Assembly (NCBI GenBank): GCA_964016885.1
Contig: OZ024741.1
Span: 262,756,001-262,820,000, forward strand
Direction of reading: 5' to 3'
Length of the DNA stretch: 64,000 nucleotides
DNA from: Eledone cirrhosa
Lineage: Eukaryota
The notes beneath the pieces were generated by a model. That model was not told the DNA's origin and made no database searches. It was given only the letters and a program-made list of their open reading frames with translations. Positions 38,801 to 53,800 of this stretch are shown in pieces. A program made the position numbers and the translations under genes. Numbering within the stretch: position 1 is the stretch's first letter; every line of letters begins with the position of its first letter.

Positions 38801-41800
38801 TTGACTTACGAATGTTTTGACTTACGGGTGTTTCGGCTTACGAGTGTTTCGACTTACGAGTCTTTCGGCTTACGAGTGTTTCGACTTACTAATGTTTTTA
38901 CTTACGAGTGTTTCGGCGTACGAGTGTTTCGACTTACGAGTGTTTCGACTTACGGGTGTTTTGACTTACGGGTGTTTCGGCTTACGAGTGTTTTGACTTA
39001 CGAGTGTTTTGACTTAAGGGTGTTTCGACTTACGAGTATTTTTGGCTTACGAGTGTTTCGACTTACGAGTGTTTTGACTTACGAGTGTTCTGATTTACGG
39101 ATGTTTCGACATACGAGTGTTTCGACTTACGAGTGTTTCGACTTATGAGTGTTTCGACTTACGAGTGTTTCGGCTTATGAGTGTTTCGACTTACGAGTGC
39201 TTCGGCTTACGAGTGTTTCGACTTACGAGTATTTCGGCTTAAGAGTGTTTCGACGTACGAATGTTTTGGCTTACGAGTGTTTCGGCTTATGAGTGTTTCG
39301 GCTTACGAGTGTTTCGACTTACGAGTGTTTCGGCTTACGAGTGTTTCAGTGTTTCGGCTTACGTGTGTTTCGACTTACGAGTGTTTCGACTTACGACTGT
39401 TTCGGCTTACGAGTGTTTCGGCTTACGAGTGTTTCGGCTTACGAGTGTTTTGACTTACGAGTGTTTTGACTTACGATTGTTTGGCTTACGAGTGTTCTGA
39501 CTTACGGGTGTTCTGACTTACGAGTGTTCCGACTTACGAGTGTTTCGGCTTATGAGGGTTTCGACTTACGAGTGCTTCGGCTTACGAGTGTTTCGACTTA
39601 CGAGTGTTTCGGATTACGAGTGTTTCGACTTACGAGTGTTTCGACTTACGAGTGTTTTGACTTACGGTGTTTCGGCTTACGAGTGTTTCGACATACGAGT
39701 GTTTTGACGTACGGGTGTTTCGACTTACGGGTCTTTCGACTTAAGAGTGTTTCGACTTACGAGCGCTTCGACTTACGAGTGTTTCGACTTACGAGTGTTT
39801 CGGCGTATGAGTGTTTTGACTTACGAGTGTTTCGACTTACGAGTGTTTCGACTTACGAGTGTTTCGAATTACGAGCGTTTCGACTTACGAGTGATTTGAC
39901 TTACGAGTGTTTTGACTTACGGTGTTTCTGCTTACGAGTGTTTCGACTTACGAGTGTTATGACTTACGGGTGTTTTCACATACGAGTGTTTCGACTTACG
40001 AGTGTTTTGACTTACGGGTGTTTTGACATACGAGTGTTTCGATACGAGTGTTCTGACTTACGAGTGTTCTGACTTACGAGTGTTCTGACTTACGAGTGTT
40101 TCGACATACGAGGGTTTTGACTTACGGGTGTTTCGACTTACGAGTGTTTTCACTTACGAATGTTTTGACTTACGGGTGTTTCGGCTTACGAGTGTTTCGA
40201 CTTACGAGTGTTTCGGCTTACGAGTGTTTCGACTTACTAATATTTTTACTTACGAGTGTTTCGGCGTACGAGAGTTTTGACTTACGAGTGTTTCGACTTA
40301 CGAGTGTTTCGACTTACGAGTATTTTGACTTACGAATGTTTCGACTTACGGGTGTTTCGGCTTACGAGTGTTTCGACTTACGAGTCTTTCGGCTTACGAG
40401 TGTTTCGACTTACTAATGTTTTTACTTACGAGTGTTTCGGCGTACGAGTGTTTCGACTTCCGAGTGTTTCGACTTACGGGTGTTTTGACTTACGGGTGTT
40501 TCGGCTTACGAGTGTTTTGACTTACGAGTGTTTTGACTTAAGGGTGTTTCGACTTACGAGTATTTTTGGCTTACGAGTGTTTCGACTTACGAGTGTTTTG
40601 ACTTACGAGTCTTCTGATTTACGGATGTTTCGACATACGAGTGTTTCGACTTTTGAGTGTTTCGACTTATGAGTGTTTCGACTTACGAGTGTTTCGACTT
40701 ACGAGTGTTTCGGCTTATGATTGTTTCGACTTACGAGTGTTTTGACTTACGGTGTTTCAGCTTACGAGTGTTTCGACTTACGAGTGTTTTGACTTACGGG
40801 TGTTTTGACATACGAGTGTTTCGATACGAGTGTTCTGACTTACGAGTGTTCTGACTTACGAGTGTTTTGACTTACGAGTGTTCTGACTTACGAGTGTTCC
40901 GACTTACGAGTGTTCCGACTTACGAGTGTTTCGGCTTACGGGTGTTTCCTGCTTACGAGTGTTTCGACTTACGAGTGTTTTGACTTACGGTGTTTCGGCT
41001 TACGAGTGATTCGACTTACGAGTGTTTTGACTTACGGTTGTTTTGACTTACGGGTGTTGTGAATTACGAGTGTTCCGATTTACGAGTGTTTTGACTTACG
41101 GAGTTTCGGCTTACGAGTGATTCGACTTACGAATGTTTTGACTTACGGGTGTTTCGGCTTGCGAGTGTTTCGACTTACGAGTGTTTCGGCTTATGAGTGT
41201 TTCGACTTACTAATGTTTTTACTTACGAGTGTTCTGACTTACGAGTGTTCCGACTTACGAGTGTTCCGACTTACGAGTGTTTCGGCTTACGAGTGTTTCC
41301 GGCTTACGAGTGTTTCGACTTACGAGTGTTTCGACTTACGAGTGTTTTGACTTACGGTGTTTCGACTTACGAGTGATTCGACTTACGAGTGTTTTGACTT
41401 ACGGGTGTTTTGACTTACGGGTGTTGTGAATTACGAGTGTTCCGATTTACGAGTGTTTTGACTTTCTGTGTTTCGGCTTACGAGTGATTCGACTTACGAA
41501 TGTTTTGACTTACGGGTGTTTCGGCTTGCTAGTGTTTCGACTTACGAGTGTTTCGGCTTATTAGTGTTTCGACTTACTACTGTTTTTACTTACGAGTGTT
41601 TCGGCGTACGAGTGTTTTGACTTACGAGTGTTTCGACTTACGAGTGTTTCGAATTACGAGTGTTTCGGCTTACGTGAGTTTCGACTTAAGAGTGTTCTGA
41701 TTTACGAGTGTTCTGACTTGCGGGTGTTCTGATTTACGAGTGTTCCGACTTACGAGTGTTTCGGCTTATGAGTGTTTCGACTTACGAGTGTTTCGGCTTA

Positions 41801-44800
41801 CGAGTGTTTCGACTTATGGGTGTTTCGACATACGAGTGTTTTGACTTACGGGTGTTTCGACTTACGAGTGTTTTGACTTACGAATGTTTTGACTTACGGG
41901 TGTTTCGGCTTACGAGTGTTTCGACTTACGAGTGTTTCGGCTTACGAGTGTTTCGACTTACTAATGTTCTTACTTACGAGTGTTTCGACTTCCGAGTGTT
42001 TCGACTTACGGGTGTTTTGACTTACGGGTGTTTCGGCTTACGAGTGTTTTGACTTACGAGTGTTTTGACTTAAGGGTGTTTCGACTTACGAGTATTTTTG
42101 GCTTACGAGTGTTTCGACTTACGAGTGTTTTGACTTACGAGTGTTCTGATTTACGGATGTTTCGACATACGAGTGTTTCGACTTACGAGTGTTTCGACTT
42201 ATGAGTGTTTAGACTTACGAGTGTTTCGACTTACGAGTGTTTCGGCTTATGATTGTTTCGACTTACGAGTGTTTTGACTTACGGTGTTTCAGCTTACGAG
42301 TGTTTCGACTTACGAGTGTTTTGACTTACGGGTGTTTTGACATACGAGTGTTTTCGATACGAGTGTTCTGACTTACGAGTATTCTGACTTACGAGTGTTT
42401 TGACTTACGAGTGTTCTGACTTACGCGTGTTCCGACTTACGAGTGTTCCGACTTACGAGTGTTTCGGCTTACGGGTGTTTCCTGCTTACGAGTGTTTCGA
42501 CTTACGAGTGTTTTGACTTACGGTGTTTCGGCTTACGAGTGATTCGACTTACGAGCGTTTTGACTTACGGGTGTTTTGACTTACGGGTGTTGTGAATTAC
42601 GAGTGTTCCGATTTACGAATGTTTTGACTTACGGGTGTTTCGGCTTGCGAGTGTTTCGACTTACGAGTGTTTCGGCTTATGAGTGTTTCGACTTACTAAT
42701 GTTTTTACTTACGAGTGTTCTGACTTACGAGTGTTCCGACTTACGAGTGTTCCGACTTACGAGTGTTTCGGCTTACGAGTGTTTCCGGCTTACGAGTGTT
42801 TCGACTTACGAGTGTTTCGACTTACGAGTGTTTTGACTTACGGTGTTTCGACTTACGAGTGATTCGACTTACGAGTGTTTTGACTTACGGCTGTTTTGAC
42901 TTACGGGTGTTGTGAATTACGAGTGTTCCGATTTACGAGTATTTTGACTTACGGTGTTTCGGCTTACGAGTGATTCGACTTACGAATGTTTTGACTTAAG
43001 GGTGTTTCGGCTTGCTAGTGTTTCGACTTACGAGTGTTTCGGCTTATGAGTGTTTCGACTTACTACTGTTTTTACTTACGAGTGTTTCGGCGTACGAGTG
43101 TTTTGACTTACGAGTGTTTCGACTTACGAGTGTTTCGAATTACGAGTGTTTCGGCTTACGTGAGTTTCGACTTAAGAGTGTTCTGATTTACGAGTGTTCT
43201 GACTTGCGGGTGTTCTGATTTACGAGTGTTCCGACTTACGAGTGTTTCGGCTTATGAGTGTTTCGACTTACGAGTGTTTCGGCTTACGAGTGTTTCGACT
43301 TATGGGTGTTTCGACATACGAGTGTTTTGACTTACGGGTGTTTCGACTTACGAGTGTTTTGACTTACGAATGTTTTGACTTACGGGTGTTTCGGCTTACG
43401 AGTGTTTCGACTTACGAGTGTTTCGGCTTACGAGTGTTTCGACTTACTAATGTTCTTACTTACGAGTGTTTCGGCGTACGAGAGTTTTGACTTACGAGTG
43501 TTTCGACTTACGAGTGTTTCGACTTACGAGTGTTTTGACTTACGAAAGTTTTGACTTACGGGTGTTTCGGCTTACGAGTGTTTCGACTTACGAGTCTTTC
43601 GGCTTACGAGTGTTTCGGCGTACGAGTGTTTCGACTTACGAGTGTTTCGACTTACGGGTGTTTTGACTTACGGGTGTTTCGGCTTACGAGTGTTTCGGCT
43701 TATGATTGTTTCGACTTACGAGTGTTTTGACTTACGGTGTTTCAGCTTACGAATGTTTCGACTTACGAGTGTTTTGACTTACGGGTGTTTTGACATACGA
43801 GTGTTTCGATACGTGTGTTCTGACTTACGAGTGTTCTGACTTACGAGTGTTTTGACTTACGAGTGTTCTGACTTACGAGTGTTCCGACTTACGAGTGTTC
43901 CGACTTACGAGTGTTTCGGCTTACGGGTGTTTCCTGCTTACGAGTGTTTCGACTTACGAGTGTTTTGACTTACGGTGTTTCGGCTTACGAGTGATTCGAC
44001 TTACGAGTGTTTTGACTTACGGGTGTTTTGACTTACGGGTGTTGTGAATTACGAGTGTTCCGATTTACGAGTGTTTTGACTTACGGTGTTTCGGCTTACG
44101 AGTGATTCGACTTACGAATGTTTTGACTTACGGGTGTTTCGGCTTGCGAGTGTTTCGACTTACGAGTGTTTCGGCTTATGAGTGTTTCGACTTACTAATG
44201 TTTTTACTTACGAGTGTTCTGACTTACGAGTGTTCCGACTTACGAGTGTTCCGACTTACGAGTGTTTCGGCTTACGAGTGTTTCCGGCTTACGAGTGTTT
44301 CGACTTACGAGTGTTTCGACTTACGAGTGTTTTGACTTACGGTGTTTCGACTTACGAGTGATTCGACTTACGAGTGTTTTGACTTACGGCTGTTTTGACT
44401 TACGGGTGTTGTGAATTACGAGTGTTCCGATTTACGAGTATTTTGACTTACGGTGTTTCGGCTTACGAGTGATTCGACTTACGAATGTTTTGACTTAAGG
44501 GTGTTTCGGCTTGCTAGTGTTTCGACTTACGAGTGTTTCGGCTTATGAGTGTTTCGACTTACTACTGTTTTTACTTACGAGTGTTTCGGCGTACGAGTGT
44601 TTTGACTTACGAGTGTTTCGACTTACGAGTGTTTCGAATTACGAGTGTTTCGGCTTACGTGAGTTTCGACTTAAGAGTGTTCTGATTTACGAGTGTTCTG
44701 ACTTGCGGGTGTTCTGATTTACGAGTGTTCCGACTTACGAGTGTTTCGGCGTATGAGTGTTTCGACTTACGAGTGTTTCGGCTTACGAGTGTTTCGACTT

Positions 44801-47800
44801 ATGGGTGTTTCGACATACGAGTGTTTTGACTTACGGGTGTTTCGACTTACGAGTGTTTTGACTTACGAATGTTTTGACTTACGGGTGTTTCGGCTTACGA
44901 GTGTTTCGACTTACGAGTGTTTCGGCTTACGAGTGTTTCGACTTACTAATGTTCTTACTTACGAGTGTTTCGGCGTACGAGAGTTTTGACTTACGAGTGT
45001 TTCGACTTACGAGTGTTTCGACTTACGAGTGTTTTGACTTACGAGTGTTTCGGCTTATGATTGTTTCGACTTACGAGTCTTTCGGCTTACGAGTGTTTCG
45101 GCGTACGAGTGTTTCGACTTACGAGTGTTTCGACTTACCGGTGTTTTGACTTACGGGTGTTTCGGCTTACGAGTGTTTCGGCTTATGATTGTTTCGACTT
45201 ACGAGTGTTTTGATTTACGGTGTTTCAGCTTACGAGTGTTTCGACTTACGAGTGTTTTGACTTACGGGTGTTTTGACATACGAGTGTTTCGATACGTGTG
45301 TTCTGACTTACGAGTGTTCTGACTTACGAGTGTTTTGACTTACGAGTGTTCTGACTTACGAGTGTTCCGACTTACGAGTGTTCCGACTTACGAGTGTTTC
45401 GGCTTACGAGTGTTTCCGGCTTACGAGTGTTTCGATTTACGAGTGTTTTGACTTACGGTGTTTCGGCTTACGAGTGTTTCGACTTACTAATGTTTTTACT
45501 TACGAGTGTTTCGGCGTACGAGAGTTTTGACTTACGAGTGTTTCGACTTACGAGTGTTTTGACTTACGAATGTTTTGACTTACGGGTGTTTCGGCTCATG
45601 AGTGTTTCGACTTACGAGTCTTTCGGCTTACGAGTGTTTCGACTTACTAATGTTTTTACTTACGAGTGTTTCGGCGTACGACTGTTTCGACTTACGAGTG
45701 TTTCGACTTACGGGTGTTTTGACTTACGGGTGTTTCGGCTTACGAGTGTTTCGACTTACGAGTGTTTTGACTTACGAGTGTTCTGATTTACGGATGTTTC
45801 GACATACGAGTGTTTCGACTTACGAGTGTTTCGACTTATGAGTGTTTCGACTTATGAGTGTTCTGACTTACGAGTGTTCCGACTTACGAGTGTTCCGACT
45901 TACGAGTGTTTCGGCTTACGTGTGTTTCCGGCTTACGAGTGTTCCGACTTACGAGTGTTTCGGCTTACGAGTGTTTCGGCTTACGAGTGTTTCGACTTAC
46001 GAGTGTTTCGACTTATGAGTGTTTCGACTTACGAGTGTTTCGGCTTACGAGTGTTTCGACTTACGAGTGTTTTGACTCACGGTGTTTCGGCTTACGAGTG
46101 ATTCGACTTACGAGTGTTTTGACTTACGGGTGATTTGACTTACGGGTGTTGTGAATTACGAGTGTTCCGATTTACGAGTGTTTTGACTTACGATGTTTCG
46201 GCTTACGAGTGATTCGACTTACGAATGTTTTGACTTACGGGTGTTTCGGCTTGCGAGTGTTTCGACTTATGAGTGTTTCGGCTTATGGGTGTTTCGACTT
46301 ACTAATGTTTTTACTTACGAGTGTTTCGGCGTACGAGTGTTTTGACTTACGAGTGTTTCGACTTACGATTGTTTCGACTTACGAGTGTTTCGGCTTACGT
46401 GAGTTTCGACTTAAGAGTGTTCTGATTTACGAGTGTTCTGACTTGCGGGTGTTCTGATTTACGAGTGTTCCGACTTACGAGTGTTTCGGCTTATTAGTGT
46501 TTCGACTTACGAGTGTTTCGGCTTACGAGTGTTTCGACTTATGGGTGTTTCGACTTACGAGTGTTTTTACTTACGGTGTTTCGGCTTACGAGTGTTTCGA
46601 CATACGAGTGTTTTGACTTGCGGGTGTTTCGACTTACGAGTGTTTTGACTTACGAATGTTTTGACTTACGGGTGTTTCGGCTTACGAGTGTTTCGACTTA
46701 CGAGTGTTTCGGCTTACGAGTGTTTCGACTTACTAATGTTCTTACTTACGAGTGTTTCGGCGTACGAGAGTTTTGACTTACGAGTGTTTCGACTTACGAG
46801 TGTTTCGACTTACGAGTGTTTCGGCTTACGAGTGTTTCCGGCTTACGAGTGTTTCGACTTACGAGTGTTTCGACTTACGAGTGTTTTGACTTACGGTGTT
46901 TCGACTTACGAGTGATTCGACTTACGAGTGTTTTGACTTACGGCTGTTTTGACTTACGGGTGTTGTGAATTACGAGTGTTCCGATTTACGAGTATTTTGA
47001 CTTACGGTGTTTCGGCTTACGAGTGATTCGACTTACGAATGTTTTGACTTAAGGGTGTTTCGGCTTGCTAGTGTTTCGACTTACGAGTGTTTCGGCTTAT
47101 GAGTGTTTCGACTTACTACTGTTTTTACTTACGAGTGTTTCGGCGTACGAGTGTTTTGACTTACGAGTGTTTCGACTTACGAATGTTTTGACTTACGGGT
47201 GTTTCGGCTTACGAGTGTTTCGACTTACGAGTGTTTCGGCTTACGAGTGTTTCGACTTACTAATGTTCTTACTTACGAGTGTTTCGACTTCCGAGTGTTT
47301 CGACTTACGGGTGTTTTGACTTACGGGTGTTTCGGCTTACGAGTGTTTTGACTTACGAGTGTTTTGACTTAAGGGTGTTTCGACTTACGAGTATTTTTGG
47401 CTTACGAGTGTTTCGACTTACGAGTGTTTTGACTTACGAGTGTTCTGATTTACGGATGTTTCGACATACGAGTGTTTCGACTTACGAGTGTTTCGACTTA
47501 TGAGTGTTTAGACTTACGAGTGTTTCGACTTACGAGTGTTTCGGCTTATGATTGTTTCGACTTACGAGTGTTTTGACTTACGGTGTTTCAGCTTACGAGT
47601 GTTTCGACTTACGAGTGTTTTGACTTACGGGTGTTTTGACATACGAGTGTTTCGATACGAGTGTTCTGACTTACGAGTGTTCTGACTTACGAGTGTTTTG
47701 ACTTACGAGTGTTCTGACTTACGCGTGTTCCGACTTACGAGTGTTCCGACTTACGAGTGTTTCGGCTTACGGGTGTTTCCTGCTTACGAGTGTTTCGACT

Positions 47801-50800
47801 TACGAGTGTTTTGACTTACGGTGTTTCGGCTTACGAGTGATTCGACTTACGAGTGTTTTGACTTACGGGTGTTTTGACTTACGGGTGTTGTGAATTACGA
47901 GTGTTCCGATTTACGAATGTTTTGACTTACGGGTGTTTCGGCTTGCGAGTGTTTCGACTTACGAGTGTTTCGGCTTATGAGTGTTTCGACTTACTAATGT
48001 TTTTACTTACGAGTGTTCTGACTTACGAGTGTTCCGACTTACGAGTGTTCCGACTTACGAGTGTTTCGGCTTACGAGTGTTTCCGGCTTACGAGTGTTTC
48101 GACTTACGAGTGTTTCGACTTACGAGTGTTTTGACTTACGGTGTTTCGACTTACGAGTGATTCGACTTACGAGTGTTTTGACTTACGGCTGTTTTGACTT
48201 ACGGGTGTTGTGAATGACGAGTGTTCCGATTTACGAGTATTTTGACTTACGGTGTTTCGGCTTACGAGTGATTCGACTTACGAATGTTTTGACTTAAGGG
48301 TGTTTCGGCTTGCTAGTGTTTCGACTTACGAGTGTTTCGGCTTATGAGTGTTTCGACTTACTACTGTTTTTACTTACGAGTGTTTCGGCGTACGAGTGTT
48401 TTGACTTACGAGTGTTTCGACTTACGAGTGTTTCGAATTACGAGTGTTTCGGCTTACGTGAGTTTCGACTTAAGAGTGTTCTGATTTACGAGTGTTCTGA
48501 CTTGCGGGTGTTCTGATTTACGAGTGTTCCGACTTACGAGTGTTTCGGCTTATGAGTGTTTCGACTTACGAGTGTTTCGGCTTACGAGTGTTTCGACTTA
48601 TGGGTGTTTCGACATACGAGTGTTTTGACTTACGGGTGTTTCGACTTACGAGTGTTTTGACTTACGAATGTTTTGACTTACGGGTGTTTCGACTTACGAG
48701 TGTTTCGACTTACGAGTGTTTCGGCTTACGAGTGTTTCGACTTACTAATGTTCTTACTTACGAGTGTTTCGGCGTACGAGAGTTTTGACTTACGAGTGTT
48801 TCGACTTACGAGTGTTTCGACTTACGAGTGTTTTGACTTACGAAAGTTTTGACTTACGGGTGTTTCGGCTTACGAGTGTTTCGACTTACGAGTCTTTCGG
48901 CTTACGAGTGTTTCGGCGTACGAGTGTTTCGACTTACGAGTGTTTCGACTTACGGGTGTTTTGACTTACGGGTGTTTCGGCTTACGAGTGTTTCGGCTTA
49001 TGATTGTTTCGACTTACGAGTGTTTTGACTTACGGTGTTTCAGCTTACGAATGTTTCGACTTACGAGTGTTTTGACTTACGGGTGTTTTGACATACGAGT
49101 GTTTCGATACGTGTGTTCTGACTTACGAGTGTTCTGACTTACGAGTGTTTTGACTTACGAGTGTTCTGACTTACGAGTGTTCCGACTTACGAGTGTTCCG
49201 ACTTACGAGTGTTTCGGCTTACGGGTGTTTCCTGCTTACGAGTGTTTCGACTTACGAGTGTTTTGACTTACGGTGTTTCGGCTTACGAGTGATTCGACTT
49301 ACGAGTGTTTTGACTTACGGGTGTTTTGACTTACGGGTGTTGTGAATTACGAGTGTTCCGATTTACGAGTGTTTTGACTTACGGTGTTTCGGCTTACGAG
49401 TGATTCGACTTACGAATGTTTTGACTTACGGGTGTTTCGGCTTGCGAGTGTTTCGACTTACGAGTGTTTCGGCTTATGAGTGTTTCGACTTACTAATGTT
49501 TTTACTTACGAGTGTTCTGACTTACGAGTGTTCCGACTTACGAGTGTTCCGACTTACGAGTGTTTCGGCTTACGAGTGTTTCCGGCTTACGAGTGTTTCG
49601 ACTTACGAGTGTTTCGACTTACGAGTGTTTTGACTTACGGTGTTTCGACTTACGAGTGATTCGACTTACGAGTGTTTTGACTTACGGCTGTTTTGACTTA
49701 CGGGTGTTGTGAATTACGAGTGTTCCGATTTACGAGTATTTTGACTTACGGTGTTTCGGCTTACGAGTGATTCGACTTACGAATGTTTTGACTTAAGGGT
49801 GTTTCGGCTTGCTAGTGTTTCGACTTACGAGTGTTTCGGCTTATGAGTGTTTCGACTTACTACTGTTTTTACTTACGAGTGTTTCGGCGTACGAGTGTTT
49901 TGACTTACGAGTGTTTCGACTTACGAGTGTTTCGAATTACGAGTGTTTCGGCTTACGTGAGTTTCGACTTAAGAGTGTTCTGATTTACGAGTGTTCTGAC
50001 TTGCGGGTGTTCTGATTTACGAGTGTTCCGACTTACGAGTGTTTCGGCGTATGAGTGTTTCGACTTACGAGTGTTTCGGCTTACGAGTGTTTCGACTTAT
50101 GGGTGTTTCGACATACGAGTGTTTTGACTTACGGGTGTTTCGACTTACGAGTGTTTTGACTTACGAATGTTTTGACTTACGGGTGTTTCGGCTTACGAGT
50201 GTTTCGACTTACGAGTGTTTCGGCTTACGAGTGTTTCGACTTACTAATGTTCTTACTTACGAGTGTTTCGGCGTACGAGAGTTTTGACTTACGAGTGTTT
50301 CGACTTACGAGTGTTTCGACTTACGAGTGTTTTGACTTACGAGTGTTTCGGCTTATGATTGTTTCGACTTACGAGTCTTTCGGCTTACGAGTGTTTCGGC
50401 GTACGAGTGTTTCGACTTACGAGTGTTTCGACTTACCGGTGTTTTGACTTACGGGTGTTTCGGCTTACGAGTGTTTCGGCTTATGATTGTTTCGACTTAC
50501 GAGTGTTTTGACTTACGGTGTTTCAGCTTACGAGTGTTTCGACTTACGAGTGTTTTGACTTACGGGTGTTTTGACATACGAGTGTTTCGATACGTGTGTT
50601 CTGACTTACGAGTGTTCTGACTTACGAGTGTTTTGACTTACGAGTGTTCTGACTTACGAGTGTTCCGACTTACGAGTGTTCCGACTTACGAGTGTTTCGG
50701 CTTACGAGTGTTTCCGGCTTACGAGTGTTTCGACTTACGAGTGTTTTGACTTACGGTGTTTCGGCTTACGAGTGTTTCGACTTACTAATGTTTTTACTTA

Positions 50801-53800
50801 CGAGTGTTTCGGCGTACGAGAGTTTTGACTTACGAGTGTTTCGACTTACGAGTGTTTTGACTTACGAATGTTTTGACTTACGGGTGTTTCGGCTCATGAG
50901 TGTTTCGACTTACGAGTCTTTCGGCTTACGAGTGTTTCGACTTACTAATGTTTTTACTTACGAGTGTTTCGGCGTACGACTGTTTCGACTTACGAGTGTT
51001 TCGACTTACGGGTGTTTTGACTTACGGGTGTTTCGGCTTACGAGTGTTTCGACTTACGAGTGTTTTGACTTACGAGTGTTCTGATTTACGGATGTTTCGA
51101 CATACGAGTGTTTCGACTTACGAGTGTTTCGACTTATGAGTGTTTCGACTTATGAGTGTTCTGACTTACGAGTGTTCCGACTTACGAGTGTTCCGACTTA
51201 CGAGTGTTTCGGCTTACGTGTGTTTCCGGCTTACGAGTGTTCCGACTTACGAGTGTTTCGGCTTACGAGTGTTTCGGCTTACGAGTGTTTCGACTTACGA
51301 GTGTTTCGACTTATGAGTGTTTCGACTTACGAGTGTTTCGGCTTACGAGTGTTTCGACTTACGAGTGTTTTGACTCACGGTGTTTCGGCTTACGAGTGAT
51401 TCGACTTACGAGTGTTTTGACTTACGGGTGATTTGACTTACGGGTGTTGTGAATTACGAGTGTTCCGATTTACGAGTGTTTTGACTTACGATGTTTCGGC
51501 TTACGAGTGATTCGACTTACGAATGTTTTGACTTACGGGTGTTTCGGCTTGCGAGTGTTTCGACTTATGAGTGTTTCGGCTTATGGGTGTTTCGACTTAC
51601 TAATGTTTTTACTTACGAGTGTTTCGGCGTACGAGTGTTTTGACTTACGAGTGTTTCGACTTACGATTGTTTCGACTTACGAGTGTTTCGGCTTACGTGA
51701 GTTTCGACTTAAGAGTGTTCTGATTTACGAGTGTTCTGACTTGCGGGTGTTCTGATTTACGAGTGTTCCGACTTACGAGTGTTTCGGCTTATTAGTGTTT
51801 CGACTTACGAGTGTTTCGGCTTACGAGTGTTTCGACTTATGGGTGTTTCGACTTACGAGTGTTTTTACTTACGGTGTTTCGGCTTACGAGTGTTTCGACA
51901 TACGAGTGTTTTGACTTGCGGGTGTTTCGACTTACGAGTGTTTTGACTTACGAATGTTTTGACTTACGGGTGTTTCGGCTTACGAGTGTTTCGACTTACG
52001 AGTGTTTCGGCTTACGAGTGTTTCGACTTACTAATGTTCTTACTTACGAGTGTTTCGGCGTACGAGAGTTTTGACTTACGAGTGTTTCGACTTACGAGTG
52101 TTTCGACTTACGAGTGTTTTGACTTACGAATGTTTTGACTTACGGGTGTTTCGGCTTACGAGTGTTTCGAATTACGAGTCTTTCGGCTTACGAGTGTTTC
52201 GACTTACTAATGTTTTTACTTACGAGTGTTTCGGCGTACGAGTGTTTCGACTTACGAGTGTTTCTACTTACGGGTGTTTTGACTTACGGGTGTTTCGGCT
52301 TACGAGTGTTTTGACTTACGAGTGTTTTGACTTAAGGGTGTTTCGACTTACGAGTATGTTTGGCTTACGAGTGTTTCGACTTACGAGTGTTTTGACTTAC
52401 GAGTGTTCTGATTTACGGATGTTTCGACATACGAGTGTTTCGACTTACGAGTGTTTCGACTTATGAGTGTTTCGACTTACGAGTGTTTCGGCTTATGAGT
52501 GTTTCGACTTACGAGTGCTTCGGCTTACGAGTGTTTCGACTTACGAGTATTTCGGCTTAAGAGTGTTTCGACGTACGAATGTTTTGGCTTACGAGTGTTT
52601 CGGCTTATGAGTGTTTCGGCTTACGAGTGTTTCGACCTACGAGTGTTTCGGCTTACGAGTGTTTCAGTGTTTCGGCTTACGTGTGTTTCGACTTACGAGT
52701 GTTTCGACTTACGACTGTTTCGGCTTACGAGTGTTTCGGCTTACGAGTGTTTCGGCTTACGAGTGTTTTGACTTACGAGTGTTTTGACTTACGATTGTTT
52801 GGCTTACGAGTGTTCTGACTTACGGGTGTTCTGACTTACGAGTGTTCCGACTTACGAGTGTTTCGGCTTATGAGGGTTTCGACTTACGAGTGCTTCGGCT
52901 TACGAGTGTTTCGACTTACGAGTGTTTCGGATTACGAGTGTTTCGACTTACGAGTGTTTCGACTTACGAGTGTTTTGACTTACGGTGTTTCGGCTTACGA
53001 GTGTTTCGACATACGAGTGTTTTGACGTACCGGTGTTTCGACTTACGGGTCTTTCGACTTAAGAGTGTTTCGACTTACGAGCGCTTCGACTTACGAGTGT
53101 TTCGACTTACGATTGTTTCGGCGTATGAGTGTTTTGACTTACGAGTGTTTCGACTTACGAGTGTTTCGACTTACGAGTGTTTCGAATTACGAGTGTTTCG
53201 ACTTACGAGTGTTTTGACTTACGAGTGTTTTGACTTACGGTGTTTCTGCTTACGAGTGTTTCGACTTACGAGTGTTATGACTTACGGGTGTTTTCACATA
53301 CGAGTGTTTCGACTTACGAGTGTTTTGACTTACGGGTGTTTTGACATACGAGTGTTTCGATACGAGTGTTCTGACTTACGAGTGTTCTGACTTACGAGTG
53401 TTCTGACTTACGAGTGTTTCGACATACGAGGGTTTTGACTTACGGGTGTTTCGACTTACGAGTGTTTTCACTTACGAATGTTTTGACTTACGGGTGTTTC
53501 GGCTTACGAGTGTTTCGACTTACGAGTGTTTCGGCTTACGAGTGTTTCGACTTACTAATATTTTTACTTACGAGTGTTTCGGCGTACGAGAGTTTTGACT
53601 TACGAGTGTTTCGACTTACGAGTGTTTCGACTTACGAGTATTTTGACTTACGAATGTTTCGACTTACGGGTGTTTCGGCTTACGAGTGTTTCGACTTACG
53701 AGTCTTTCGGCTTACGAGTGTTTCGACTTACTAATGTTTTTACTTACGAATGTTTCGGCGTACGAGTGTTTCGACTTCCGAGTGTTTCGACTTACGGGTG